Positions 41,281 through 56,407 of a DNA stretch of 64,000 nt are shown here, piece by piece. Source of the DNA: the human T2T-CHM13v2.0 reference genome, Homo sapiens. Where the stretch lies: assembly GCF_009914755.1 (NCBI RefSeq), contig NC_060945.1; one strand, 5' to 3'. Below the pieces are notes generated by a model. It was not told the DNA's origin. It was given only the letters and a program-made list of their open reading frames with translations, and searched no databases. Every line of letters begins with the position of its first letter. Position 1 is the stretch's first letter. Made by a program: the position numbers and the translations under genes.

Positions 41281-44200
41281 TATTTACCCATCTCTTTAGA
41301 AATATGGTATGCTAATTTGTAAAAGCGTGAGTTACCCAAATCCTCCCTTATCTCTCAAAGATGTTTTTATCTAAATTAAAAGGCAATGGCCTATCTGTTC
41401 TAATTAGTCTTCTTCGTGTGGCATATAATTTGCAATTTTACTTCATCTGCAAGCCATTTTACTGCTCTGATATCTAGTTATTTCGTTTCCTGTTCCCCTG
41501 GAAATAGCTTCTGCCCTACTGGTAAAATTTGCTTTTGGAGGGGTTAAAGCCCAGACCACAGTTTTCATCTGATCATGTGGCATTAAGCGGACAGGAGAAA
41601 ATAAAGCTCAGGTTAGAGAGCCACAGTTGATCTCCAGCCTTATGCAGAAGCTTAATTATGCAGCAAGCGATTCTGTGCTAAGATTTGTCTTTGGGACCCT
41701 GGATAGCAATAGCCCTGGAAAGGATTACCCCGTGCAGACAGGTTGTCAATTTCCAGTATCTTTTATAGGACTTCGGTGCTGTCCAGATACATATATATTT
41801 TTGTAACATCGGTGGTGTCGAACCTACTTCAGGGTGGTAGTGAGATGAGTAGATTGGCATTGACTCTGCCAGTGAAATGTTTGAAGAAGGACACAGCTTC
41901 CCCGGGAGCCCCCACCCCCAGCCCCTGTGTGTCTGTCAACGCTGTACCTGCCCCTACATGTCCAAGCTTTTGCAGTCTATCTACAATTTAAGACACATTT
42001 CCGATGGCCAGGAGTTTTCTCATCATTTGTTTTAAATGTTAGTTGGTCATATGTCCCTCTCTCTTTGCTTTTACAGAGTTGATTTTGGGAAGAAAGACAG
42101 CAACATTGCTTATTTTTAAAATCACATTAGGCATGAAATTCTTATAATAGCTTTCATTTTTTTCTTATTTTTTAAATTAATAATTTACAATAATAAAAAC
42201 CCTCCCAGTCTGTCTTACATATTGTTTTTACTACTATTTTCTAACAAGGAAAAGATAAGTTAAACAAAATAAATAAGTAAATAAAAATTAAACAAATAAA
42301 TAAAAGTGAAGCCCTGAACGTTTCATTAATCTCATGGTTATATTGCCTGCCAATAACAGCTGTAAAATTAGGTGGCATGCTTTATTATTTTTTTCTTCCT
42401 ATCTTCCTTTCTTTATTCTTTATCTAATAGAGACCTACATCACAGAGAAATGTACATTTTATTCATCCTAGAGAACTGAAACATTTTGGCAAAAAATGTT
42501 TTTGTAATCTTACATAAATTTTTTTCGAATTTTGTTTCTTCTTAAAGAGTAATGTATTTTGATAAGAAATATTTAACTTAATAAGAAACACAATGTGACT
42601 AAATTTAAATAAAACTAGTGAGTAAAATGCAATGATTCTTTTTTATAATTACATTTTTTGGAATAGCATAAGGAGCAGCTTCCATTTTTCAATATCAAAT
42701 TTTATCAAACCTACAGGACATGCATCGGGCTGTACTGATACTATGGATTTTAAATTTTAACTATGTTGGGATATTTGAATTTGTAGTAAAAATAGTGAAA
42801 CTGTATATTTATCCTCTGGTAGTTTAATTTTGCTCTTGTCACAAATCATGTAGATCACTCTTATGTCTTTTAACTTATTAACTTGCTTTGACTAAATTTT
42901 TCTAATTCAAAATCATTATAGCTGAAGTGCCTCTCTTAGAGATAGAAGTTCGAAGCAAAGAAGTTGGAGTCAGAAGTAAATAATTTATTTGGTGTTTGAA
43001 TTAGAAATAAACTCTTTCTTCTCCAAATTTAGAAAATTAATCACAAAACTACACTGTCAAACACTAAAATATCGTTATGACAGATTACATGCAGTTTAAA
43101 GGAAATACACAATAACAACGCTTTCTATCCATTAGAAATTTGGCACTGTCCAGATATTACTGCTTTTTAAATTAATAGATACCTAAAATTCGATGATTAA
43201 AAACGAATATTTAGATACACATTAACAAGAGCTGTTTATTATAATTATTTGAACTAACAAAAACTCTAAGCTGTTGTACCTTAAATTTTCATAAAACAAA
43301 GTAAACTATATTATGTTACTATCAAAGTCCATTCTGGGATGAAGTAAAAAAAAAATTTTGAGGGCACAAAAATTGATGTAACTCTCACACGAGGTTTATC
43401 AGAAACTAGGCACATATGCAAAATGTAATAAATTTTATAAAAATGTTTAAGTGACTTCACAAATGTTTATAGGTAAAATGTCATCTGATTAATATGTATC
43501 AATGAAATTTCAATAGAATAGTGTATACATTTAAATACATACAATGGCATAGGCTACACATAGAAAGCAAAGCTGTGAATAACTACTAATAACCACTCTA
43601 GTAACCCAAAATATGTTTTACAGGTTTCATTTTTCCCCTTAAAAAATAAAATTTATATCCTAATTGCTTAGGCAACTTAAGATCTTGAAAATGCCACCTT
43701 ACATTAAAATGTGTATTTTACACATTTTCTTATAAGCCGAGGTAATAATTATATGGTAAATAGTGAGTACAAGAAAAAGAGATAAAATTACCATTGATTT
43801 AGTTTTATAGAAAGAACTGCATACACCATATTCATATTTAATGTGAAGCTCTCTGTTGCACCTCTTTACTGCAAATTACTTCAGGTAGTTTGTGAGAACA
43901 CCTGCTGATCTTGAACAATGAAATTATCAGCTATCTGCTTTAAAAAGGCTTTCAACTACCAGCTCTGAAGTGCTGGTTGTTCATTTGCCAATTATATGGT
44001 ATTCACAGTTCCATAGATTCAAAGACACTATATCCCTCTATTATAGAATTACCTCAATTAGAAGGTATGAGCTGAATTAAAATATCTTTATCATTTAAGC
44101 CCAAATTTACTGTCTTTTAAGAGATTATTTTCATTTGTCTCCTTTAAAATTTAATTTAGCCAATTGGAGAATGAAATCAAATGACAGAAGTCATTTATTG

Positions 44201-45419
44201 CTATTAATCATCATTTCTAAATGTCTTGTAATGTGGAGAACATTATCTAGGTATATACACACATAAGAATTGCATAGAGATATACAAATATATTTATATA
44301 TGAGAAATCTTTTTATAATAGAAAGATATATGTTTTAGGTATGGATTTAATTAAAATTAGGTGGATTTTGCTTTATTAAAATACACTTTAAAAATTAACT
44401 AATAGTATAAATGAACCAAAAGCAATTATTCTATGCTGCCTGCTAACAGCAATTATCATTGCCAATGTAGGACAAGAAATATTTTTTTCAAAATATGTCA
44501 TATAATTTTATAATAATTAAAATATATGGGTTTTGTAAGTCAAGTGCTCTATGGGTTTAAACTTTGCATAAATATGGCTAAGTCTGGAGTCCGATTAGTC
44601 TTTACAATATAAACAGGTTTCAGAGAAGCTCTCTATCCAAGTGCTTCCATAGTACAAGCAAGGTTGAATTTTACATATATGTTTGAACACACATAAGCCT
44701 TAAAAAAGTTTTATTTCGCCTATTTGTATACACCTCTAATCAAACTTACAATCTTGTTAGACTAAAAATTAACTCTAAAAGACAAAAAGGGAGATAATCA
44801 TTATTATTAGACATAGATTTTAGTCTTTCTTGCTGGGAATCAAAGAACAGTGTTCAGTCTTTGTCTATGTATCTAGATGTCGAAGGATGCATGTGGGGAT
44901 GTGTTATATACATTTATGTGTCCTATGTGTAGCATTCAAGGAAAATAAATATCACCCCCATCAAAATATATATGTTATTTTTAATTTTATTAAAATTTTG
45001 TTGAATGGCATTAATATTTTAATAGATGATATTAAAACAAATGTCTATAATATTAACTTATAAAACTGTATAAATTAGTTAAATATTAGAAATAACATGA
45101 ATTACATGACTTATTTAGTGTTTTAATCTAGTACTTCCTCAGACCTCTAGTTAGTTTTACTGACTTTTAAATAATCTTCCATAAAAGAATAAAATTTGAC
45201 AATTATATAATAAAATATGATGTGCTCAAAGTAATTCATATCAAATGTAGCTGGCTACAGGAGAACAATGACAAGGTCATTGAGAATCATTAATTTTCAA
45301 ATATTTGATTTCAGGTGAACAGTTGGATATGTCACTTTTTATATCAATGAAGAAGTGCACCTGTCAAAGAATTCTTAAGACAATATTTTGAATGAAGTTG
45401 TGCAGAGTTTTTCTCATGA

Positions 45420-45923
45420 TTTTTTGGCATTTGAGGTATAGATGGTATTTTTAAAATTGCACATAGTTAATGTATAAGTTTTATGAGTTTGAACATATGC
45501 GTACACTCACCATGATCAAGGAACAAGATACTAACCATATCCCTTACCTTCAAACCTTTGCTTGTGTTTTTGTTTGTTTGTTTGTGGTAAAAGCACTTAA
45601 TATGAGATGGATCCTTTTAACACGCTTTAAATACGCAACATTCTGGTGTTAACTACAGGTGCTACATAACCCAGAAAATCTCTAGAACTCATTTGCCTTG
45701 CAGAACAGAAACCCTATACTCATTAAGCAACAATTTTACATTTTCCCTCCCACAAGCTCCTGACAACCATTATTCTATTCTTTGCTTCTTCGAGTTTGAC
45801 TATTTTTGATAGCTCATAAAAATGGAATCATGCAGTGCTTGTAGTGGTTTATTTCACTTGGTATAAGGTTCTCCAAGTTCAATGGTGTCACAAAGGATAG
45901 GATTTTAAGTATCTATCTATCTA

Positions 45924-45955
<32 letters not shown>

Positions 45956-46245
45956 GAGAGAGCACATTTTCTTTACCCATTCATCTGTCAGTATTTATTT
46001 CTCTTGTTTCTACAGTTTGTTTTGTGAAACAATACTGCAGTGATCATGGGGTTGCAGGTATCTCAAGATCCTGATTTTAACTTTATTGGATACGTACACA
46101 GAATTTGGATTGCTAGATCAGATGAGAGCTCTATTTTTAATTTTTTTAATTTTTGAGGTATCTCCATACTGTTTTTCATAGTAGCATACATTCCCACCAA
46201 CAGTATATAAGAGTTCCAATTTTTCCACGTCCATGTCAGTATTTT
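45420..46245 (-). mobile_element. L1MA9/L1MA10/L1MB1-type 3' region
   Basis: gtggtaaaagcacttaatatgagat; tctctagaactcattt; ggattgctagatca; cattcccaccaacagtata. Confidence 0.85.
45910..45955. repeat. (TATC)n tetranucleotide STR inside the L1
   Basis: About 11 units with one interruption. Confidence 0.95.
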
Positions 46246-46252
46246 ATATATA

Positions 46253-46370
46253 TTTTTTGTTGTTGTTGTTTGTTGTTGTTGTTTTTGTTGTTTTGAGATG
46301 GTGTCTCCCTCTGTCGCCCAAAATGAAGTGCAGTGGCGTGATCTCCCTTCACAGCAAACTCTGCCTCCTG
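46253..46370 (-). mobile_element. Alu 3' fragment with (AAC)n tail
   Basis: Only the last ~75 nt of the right arm plus tail. Confidence 0.88.
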
Positions 46371-46618
46371 CAGGTCAGAGCTGAAGCTAAGGGCCTGTTG
46401 CATCACACTTCCACCGTGCTCCGACCCTTATGACCCAAGAAATAGCGCCCAAACCGTGATGTTAAGAAGCCTTAAGCCTCAAATGTCAAGATTCCTTCAA
46501 CAGAGTCTGAGCTCTAGACTTGTCAAAACCATCTGTGCTGCCCTAGAATGGAACGAGCAACACGGAACCCAAATATCTAAGACTATCTTTATTTGCTTTC
46601 TTAAAAAAAAAAAATGAT

Positions 46619-46819
46619 GGCTGGGTCGGGTAATGGGGCTTATACCTGCAATCCAAGCATTTTGGGAGGTCAAGGGGGGTGGATCACTTGAGCCCAGGAG
46701 TTTGAGACCAACTTGGGCAACATGGCAAAGCCCTGTCTCTACAAAGAATACAAAAATTAGCTGGGCATGGTAGTATGTGCCTATAGTCCCAGCTACTGGG
46801 GAGGTTGAGATGGGAGGAC
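46619..46819 (+). mobile_element. AluJ 5' fragment without 3' end or tail
   Basis: ggatcacttgagcccaggagtttgagacc; stops abruptly at gggagga. Confidence 0.9.
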
Positions 46820-49800
46820 GTTATGTGTAGAATATTAGACTCTGCATGGTTTGCTTTCCTTAACCTCTAGTATAATTTTGTAGCCACATCTAAGGAATAT
46901 CTAACCATTCTGATAGCAGACATGTCATCTAATATTTGCAGTTGTCCAGATTACAGAAGTTTTTCCCAATCAATGGAAATCTGTAACACTAAAAATGTTA
47001 GATTATAGAATTGTCCTCAATGACAATTTTATTTATTTGAAAATAATATTTTTATCTCTACCCCATTTTAAGCTCTTTCATAGTAGCATTTGCCCCCAAT
47101 GAGGTATCGGGACCACTGTAACTAAAGAAGACAATCTATCAATCTGATGTATCCTTTAAAAATTATTCCTTTAATAGTATTCGGAGATTATAATAACACA
47201 ATATATTCAGTTTCACAGAATATGAAATTCAAAGCCCAAAACTGCAAGTCACCTGGCTCTCACTCTTGAGATTCTATCTATGATATTTTCAACACAAAGA
47301 GAGCAGGCTGTTTTCACTATCTGCTAGATAAATACAGAAACTATTTCTTTAGCATCACATTTTACCTACTAAATCCAACATGCCTATTATTGTAATCATC
47401 AACTAACAGGTAAGCATATTCTCTGCCATGTGAGAGTTTTATACATTCTTTTATCTGAACATTCCATTGCTACTTATTTCACCAATACCAACTCTTATGG
47501 ATTTTTTCTTTAAGTCAACTGTACTTTTAAGTTTTAGCCTCTTCACTCAACTCTCTTTCTTTGCCTTAATTAAAATATGGCCAACCCCTAGAAAGACAGC
47601 TTCCCTTGTAGCACTCTGAACAAAAGAGATGCTCCTTTATCATATGCCATATAACTATCCCCCAAAGCTATCTTGTATATATTTTTCACTGGACAATCCT
47701 CTGGGCACCACAGCAGCACTGAATGTATTCTTTCATTGGTTCCTATCACTCAGCTAAACTATTCATTACACCCAATTCATTACCCTAACATCCATAATGC
47801 TTAGATACACAAATAAATATATTGGATTCTTCCTACTTCATACATTTTACATGTCACAATATCTTAAAAATCATTTCATATGTCACGATGCTTATAAGCA
47901 ATACTTCTTATTAATAATATTTTATCTGTCTGCCTTCATTAGAGATGTACTTTAATAAAAGATATTTGTAAAGGGAAAAACAGATGACACATTTGAATTA
48001 ACAATTCCTTATTACCTTTGGCTTAATCTTGCCTTGATGATGTATTTATGCATATTGACGAGAGTAGAGTGAGGGCTATTGTAATGATGTGTTTTACAAT
48101 GGCATTATTATTTCTGTATTCTCTTAAGAGATGTTAAGACTGGATTAAGAATCTCAGAGCACACACATAGGTCATCAGTAATCTCTAAAACATATCTCAG
48201 TAAACTAAAGGAACCGTGTCAAAATATGTTTTCCTGAAACAGTTTGATAATTTCAAAAACTTTTCTCCACTTAACGTAGTTGTTGGAAAATCTTTCTACA
48301 TCTTTTCAAGTGTGAATTACCTCGGATCAGAGTAACATAGACAGAGGAACATTAGGTTTTTTTGATTTTTTGTTTTTGTTTTTCTTACAGATTTTAATAT
48401 TAGTCAATCAGATTCAATATAAAATATTGATTCTAACTGAAATGACTCTATATGTTTCAAAGAAGAATTAAAATATTTCTCCATCAGTCCATGTATGACT
48501 TATTATTCTGTTGCATTGTACAAATAAAGTGTTATAGAAACGAGAAGTTCAATATTTTGGAGGCTAGAAGGCTAAGATTTACTACACTGTTCTATGACCT
48601 TTAATGCTAGCATTTATAAAATAAATTCACTAATTCCTTGTATGTTTATCATTTCATGGAGGATTTGAAAAAAATGATATTCAGTTAAATGCATTGAATT
48701 TAAAAACATTTTATGATGAACAAATAAATGTATACATTATGTTTAAATATAAAACACATATTAATTAAATATAGGCAACATTTTATTAAAAAGTTTAAGT
48801 GCTTAGTTACTTCAAAATATTGAAATCCAAAAACTGCTTTGCTTTCACCTTTTTTTTTAAATTAAATTTCCCCTTTCTGTTGGTTTATGTTAGTTCCTGT
48901 ACGTCTTCAAATTGACTCTTAGAATTCTTTTTACTGGAAAAAAATTAATAAAAATGTTGCATGCAATAAAGAAGAATATTATTAGGAAAAATTAATCTTG
49001 ACTTTCTTCACCTTTTCAATATTAATTTTAACTTTCATATTGAATTTTAATTATTTGGTACCATTATTAAAATTTTCTAGTGTACTTACCTTAAAATTGT
49101 ACAGAAAGCACTTACTTTATTACAAATGTAAAATAATTACAATAAGCAGTATTTGTTTATGTTGAATTTCTACCTTTTTACTCTTTCAAACTGTCTATGG
49201 TTTATCGACTGCTACTTTTACTAAAGAAAAGTGACTCTTTTTAATGATATCATTAGTGATATATATATATAAAATACAAATCACCTGTTAATTTAGCAAT
49301 GTAAAATGTGGCTTCTAAGGAATTGCATTTTAGTAATGACCTTCTTGCAAATTTTTTTAATGTTAGAAGTATTTGTAGATAAAAATACTTTCTAAATAAA
49401 TTGAATGTTGGTCTCTGTCTGGAATAAAACACTGAATCAAAAGGATCTACACTGCCATCTTCTGTCATGTATGGTATCAGATAAATATCTCCAAGTAAAA
49501 TGACTGAAAAAATTTTATTAAATACATTAACTTCCCTCAAACTATTTCTTAGTGATTTGTTATATATGTTTACCCTTGATTTATACAAATTCATGTAACG
49601 TTTAGCTACTAATGATGAGTTTATAACCATGTAAGTTTATAACCATAAAGCCCTGTAAGACCTTTCCCATATTAACAATAAAGCAAGCTGTACTTCTTTA
49701 AATAAATGAATATTTTTAAAAAGGATAAACAGACTGTATTTTATAGGGCATTCTGCCTTTAAACCCTTCCAGTCCATTACCTCCAATGGAATGATAGTGC

Positions 49801-52800
49801 ATTACATCAGTAGTCATTCATTGAACCAGTTTCTCTTATCTGGTGGACTTCTGCTGTTGATTATTATGCATTCATTTGGGAGAGAAGAATATAGTTACAT
49901 TTTAAAAAAGAAAAATATTAAATTTAAGAATTTAAGTTAATGGAGACGACACAAAGACAAATTCTGTAGAATATTTGTCAGAAACAAAAAACTGAAAAGT
50001 AAAGACAAGATTTATATTGATATGAATTGTATTGCTGGAATACGGAATCCATCCTTTGCTCTCTGTCTGTTCCCCAATTTAACAAATCCTCTTTAGAAAC
50101 GGGTCCTCCCCACCACACCAGGCTGCAAAGTAAAGTCTTGTTTAAGTGACTGCCCATGAGAATATTTATTCTACAATATTGAAAAATACCAAATGGGAAA
50201 GCATTTAGAAGACATATTTGAGGCTCTGTCAAAATATTCTATTATCTTTATTTCTCACAATACTCTAAATTGAAAAGAACCTGACATTAATTGACCTTGT
50301 GACATGCTGAAAATTTTATATTTAATAAATTTAAACATGAATTAAGCTTTTATAGTTTAAATAACTATACATTTTCTTTGAAAAATACATACCACATTAA
50401 TAACTGTGAGCTATAGAAAAGTAAACTTTAACATTATAGTAACCAAAATAAAAATTTTACTGAGATGGAATCTAAAATAGGATAAGCACATAGCAACCCT
50501 AAGTGACAGATTATCCAGTGGTTTTAACAATTTCTAAGTAATGATTCTTATTGTTAGCATAGCATATAGAAAGAAGTGAAAAAACGTTTTCCAGATAAAA
50601 TCATTATCTTTATCTATCATAATCTGTAGCATCAGAAGACTACATATAAATTTTTTAAAGTGTCTACGATTTGTTACTTATATATGTCTGAGAACAAGGT
50701 ATTTTTGGTCTGATTTCTCCTATTTCTGTATCACATATATTTTAGAAAAATAGATATTCTTTGGAGCCACAATTGTCATCAAATGTGCTTCTCACTTGAC
50801 ACAAATTAGTGAAATAGATTAATAGAAGGATATGCATCACTATTGGTATCACTATAGATAATTGTATATATTTGGAAAGCCAAATAACAATTCTAGAAGA
50901 CTTAAATAAATGCAAAACATATGTTCAGGAAAATATACAAATTATATCAAAAGACAATTTCCCACTGAGTTTTAAAATTAGATTAATTTAGACACAATTA
51001 TGATGACCTTGCAAAAATGCATTAAACTTTTTGATCTTTGGTTTTTTATGCTATAAAATCACAGGATTGTTTGGTAAAATCTAAATAAGTTAATATATAA
51101 TAGATACTGAAAATTAAAGAGTGATAGAGGTAGGAAAACAAATAAAGGTAGAGATAGAAGAAAAAAGGAAGAAAAAAAACTAAGAGAGACAGAGACTGAA
51201 TTAAAATAAGGACTTGCAAACAGAGTTTCAGGACAATACCCCAGTTGCTAATAGGCAAATTTGGGTTAATAGAAATGTAAGAGGTTCTGGACAACCAAGA
51301 ACAGAGGGAAAGAGGCAGAGCACTCTTTGGAGAAAAGTTCTTGGGCTTGTCCAGATTGTGAGACCATGATTCTTATTCATTGGCCCACGAGCTCTCAGTG
51401 CACAATACCCTTCTCTGAGAAGGAAGTGAGACAGCAGCAGGCTCAGTTGAGGTGAGGTTAAAGCAGCGCAGAGATATCTACTGGGAAAGCAAGTCTGTCA
51501 GCTAGCGTGCTACAGAACGTGAAGTCCAAGGATGAGGGATTCCTGGAATTTGGGGTTCCTGGTGCAAGGGCCATCACTGTCAAACTTTGCTCCAGGTGGT
51601 AGTTGGAAATAAAAATGTGTAGGGCTTCAGTTCTGATAACAGAGTTTACAAGAGAATCAAAGCCTAGAATACATGTAAAATAAGATATTACTTAGCTGAT
51701 CCCAGGTTCATGTTACAAATACTGTCCCCACTGTGGTGCAAAAAAAAAAAAAAAAGGGTTTGAATTTCTCTTGACCTCATAGTGTCAGTGTCAAGGTTAT
51801 GTTATCGTTTATTCAGCATAACCGGTAAGCTACTATAGTGTCCCTAAATTTAAAATGATCTTACTGTTTACATGAGATAGTGAGAAAAAAGTTAAAATTT
51901 TCTCATGGATTTTCTAATATTTACAGTCACACTGTTTTGAAGCTGAAAGCTATAGATGCTTGTTGTGAGAAGATTAAATGCCCTTAGAGTCCAATCTCGA
52001 GAACAAATTGACCCTAAATCCCCATTGACATTTTATATATGTGCAAGTATTGAACTTGAGACCATTGTACTGACTGGTTTTAATGAACATATCCATTATT
52101 TTAGCAGGATTTATTTTTCTGATATGTATCCATGTTTTCCTCCTGCTTAATGATGTTTATTCAATAGCAAACTAATAAAGATTCATACATTTGAATGCAG
52201 ATAAATAAATGTTATATGGGCAATATTTTTCTTTAAAAAATAATTTTTTCCAACAGACCTTGGTGGAGACATGGCTTTTATCAAAACCAGAACATAACAA
52301 TGTACATATACATTTTTGAAAATATAAAGTTGTTTTATGCAAGCCTGATAGTGTGCTTAGATAAAAATAAGTGTTTTATTATAATAAAATCTGAAATTTT
52401 TGAATTGAATATGTAATTGCAAGGCTTGCTTTTATTTAAATGTTTAATACTAATTATGGCTAATTAATATTTAGCATAAACCAGTATAACTAGTTTTAAT
52501 CCTTGTTATCATAGTGCTGAATTTTGTTCTTGTGAATATAAATTTAATTGATTGTTTATAGAGTAGTATAATCTTTTACTTTCAATATAATAAAAGAAGA
52601 AAAAACACTTTTACATATTATTGACAAAATATTTTAAAATGAATTACACTTGGATTTATTGTTTTCTTTATAACCCAAAGATGGAATCCAATGTCCCATA
52701 AAAATAATGTACATGTACACATATACTGAATGTTCGTTCATTAAAGGATTGTATTATAATCCATGTTAATCACGAAAACAAGAGGTAGATATATTTGGAA

Positions 52801-53099
52801 GTAGTTTACAAAATTCATTTTATGAAGATCTTACCATTCATTACCGGCTTTTAGCCATTCATTATTTGGGCTCTCCTAGTTACTAAATCTAAGTAAACTA
52901 TTGAATGCTGCCCTTTTCTGACTCTATGACAGAACGTGACCTAAAATATTGTTTGATGAAATGAATTTAGTGCAAGAAAAAGTATGAAATATTTGTCATA
53001 CAGGACTATTCAAAGGTTTCATGATACCAAAAATGAAATCTAGAAAGAAACTAATTGATTAATTAAATGTCATAAAATGAACAGCTTTTTCAATATCAA

Positions 53100-53650
53100 A
53101 ATCATGTTAAAAGGATGAAAAGACAAGTTCTTACTGGGTGAAAATGTTTACAATCTATATATCCAGCAAAGGACTAGTATCTGAAACATATAAAGAGTTC
53201 TCAAAATTCAAAGCATAAAACAAAACAAAAAAAACCACGTAATTAGAAAGTGTGCAAAAGACATGAAGAAAAATTTTACCAAAGATTAAAAAAAAACAGC
53301 AAATTAGCAAATCAAAAGATGTTAAACTTCATTAGGTATCAAGAAAAGACAAACAAAAATAAGATATTACCATATATCTATCATTATAGTTAGAATAATG
53401 AAAAACAAAATAGTGATGGAATGCTGGTGAGGATGCAGAGAAACTATTCCATATACATTGTTGGTAGAATGTAAAATGGTGCAGCCATCCTAGAAAATCA
53501 TTTGGCAGTTTCTTAAAAACATGAAGTGTTCAATTTCCACACAAACCATTAATTGTATACTTGAGTATTTATTCCTTAGAAATTAAAATGATATTAACTT
53601 AAAAACCTTTACCTTGATATTCATATTAGCATTATTCATTATTGCAAAGC
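53100..53650 (+). mobile_element. L1MC/L1MD-type fragment
   Basis: gttaaaaggatgaaaagacaag; aaaggactagtatc; tgctggtgaggatgcagagaaact; tttggcagtttctta. Confidence 0.75.
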
Positions 53651-53991
53651 AATACTGAGGTTGCAGTTATAAACTAAGCTATACTTTTTATTGGAGTACT
53701 CTCAACTAAAACAATTCCTTCACCTCAAAAATCATTATATTTGATTTTCCATCAAGCAAGTGCAAGCATAAGTACTTCAATTTCAGGATTCTGAACCCCT
53801 GGAGAACCTTAAGGAAAATTCTGAAAATATGCAAACAATTACAGTTATGAAAATAAGTTTGACCCACAAAATTCTGGAATATATTTTATTTATCCAGTTT
53901 TCTTTTCTATGATTCATTGTACCAGAGCATAAAACTTCATGTGAATACATTGTGAATTCAGAATTATCAATGTACTTTATCAATCTAAATA

Positions 53992-55144
53992 CATCTTATG
54001 CCACATAAAGATGTTTTAGTTAATAATGAATAGCATATTTAGCAGATTATAATGGAGCTAAAAAATTCCTATTTCCTAATGACATTGTAGTTGTCATAAT
54101 GTCGCAACACAATGTGCTATTCATGTGTTTGTGGTGATGTCGGTGTAAACAAGCCTGCTGGGCCACCAGCATATAAAAGTATAGCACATACAATTATGTG
54201 CAGTACATAATATTTGATAATGATGATAAACAAATATGTTACTGGTTCATGTGTTTACTCTACTTTTTGTTATTATTTTAGAGTGTACTTCTACTTACAA
54301 GAAAATAGTTAACTGTAAACAGCCGCATGCAGATTTCTCAGGCGGTGTTTCATAAGAAGACATTGTTATAGGAGATGAAAACTCTACACCTGTTATTGCC
54401 CCTGAAAACCTTCCAAGGTGCCAAGATGTCTGGGTGGAAGACAATGATATTGATCATCCTGACCCTGTGTAAGCCTCAGCTAAGGTGTGTGTTTGTATCT
54501 AAGTTTTTAACAAAAAGCTTAAAAAATAAAAAAATAGAAAAAAGCTTATTAGAATAAGGACATAGAAAAGAAAATCTTTTCTGTATAGTTGTGCAATATG
54601 TATTTTAAGCTGTTATTACAAAAAGTCAAATAGTTAAAAAATTTAAAAAGTTTGTAAAGTAAAAAAATTACACTAAGCTAATGTTAATTTATTATTGAAG
54701 AAAAAATATTTTGTGTACATTTAATGTAGCCCAAGTGTACAGTATTTATGAAGTCTACAGGAGTGTACAGTAATGTTTTGGGTCTTTATGTTCACTCCAC
54801 TCACTCTCTGACTTATTCAGAGCCACTTCTGTTCCTGCAAGCTACATTCATTATGAGTTTCCTATACAGATGTACCATTTTTATCCTTGATACAGAATTT
54901 TAATGTATCTTTTCTATGTTTAGATACACAAATACTTACCATTACAATTGCCTACAGTTTTCAGTACATAATGCTGTACAGGTTTGTACCTAGAAACAAT
55001 AGGCTATACCATATAGTCTAAGTGTGTAGTAGACTGTACCATCTAAGTCTGTGTAAGTAAATGCTATGCTGCCTGCACAATGAATACATTGCCTAAGGAT
55101 GCAATTCTTAAAATGTATCCCTGTCTTTAAGTGACATATGATAG
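53992..55144 (+). mobile_element. Tigger3b (MER7B)-type TcMar DNA transposon
   Basis: About 1.15 kb with characteristic agattataatggagctaaaaaattccta, gatattgatcatcctgaccctgtgta and caataggctataccatatag; degraded TIRs. Confidence 0.88.
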
Positions 55145-55362
55145 TGTCAAAGGGATCAAAATCCTTTATCATCACAGTGAAGTTATTTGGAAAACACAGA
55201 AAGTTACTTTCGTCTGGTTTCCATACTAATCCACGCAAAGAAAATTCAAGAGTTTAGTGTTTTGTTTTTTCTTAAAATGTAAATGCAGAAAAAAGACAAC
55301 ATTAGACTGTAAATATCAATTATATATTAAGACCTTTTATTTAAAAAAAAAAAACAAAGATG

Positions 55363-55741
<379 letters not shown>

Positions 55742-55769
55742 TCATGCATAAAAAATTGTGAAAAATGAG

Positions 55770-56060
55770 TGAGGGACAGCTGCCTATTAGCTGTGCATCT
55801 GTCAGTGCTATATCATTTTGATCTCAACAAATATAAAATCCACTGAAATTTTGAGGCCTTTTATTTAGTAGCTCAATTATGACACTGAAAGAATGAAATA
55901 AACTGAAAGTGAACAAAGAAGAGATAGAATACCATAGTAGCTTAGAGCTTATATTTTTGGAAGAGATAAAATTAAATGTAAATTCCGACTTGCCCACTTG
56001 CTGGTAATTATCATCTTTGGGCTTCATTGTTATCCACAATGTATTATAAACATACATATA
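55770..56060 (+). repeat. Direct repeat, copy 1 (291 bp)
   Basis: Aligns to 57615-57906 with 16 substitutions and 1 indel by hand count. Confidence 0.97.
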
Positions 56061-56089
56061 TAAATTTGTTCTGTGAAAAATATATTCCC

Positions 56090-56407
56090 GGCCGGGAACT
56101 GTGGCTCACACTTGTAATCCCAGCACTTTGGGAGGCCAAGCGGAGTGGATCACGAGGTCAGGAGACCGAGACCATCCTGGCTAACACGGTGAAACCCCGT
56201 CGCTACTAAAAATACAAAAAAAAAAAAAAAGAAAAAAAAATTAGCTGGGCGTGGTGGCGGGCGCCTGTGGTCCCAGCTGCTCAGGAGGCTGAGGCAGGAG
56301 AACGGCGTGAACCTGAGAGGTGGAGCTTGCAGTAAGCCTAGATTGCGCCACTGCACTCCAGCCTGGGCAACAGAGCGAGAACCCGTCTCAAAAAAAAGAA
56401 AAAAAAA
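56090..56407 (+). mobile_element. AluY with an expanded central A-tract
   Basis: Y diagnostics; linker tac(a)15g(a)9ttagc. Confidence 0.95.

Noticed and set aside
47395-49120. Isolated strong donor motifs (cag|gtaagc at 47409; - strand aag|gtaagt near 49090)
   Set aside because: No convincing pyrimidine tract or paired acceptor.
51210-51650. GC-richer blocks at 51.2-51.65 kb and 41.5-42.0 kb as promoters
   Set aside because: CpG-poor and more likely ancient LTR or L1 5' remnants; cannot be assigned without a Dfam search.
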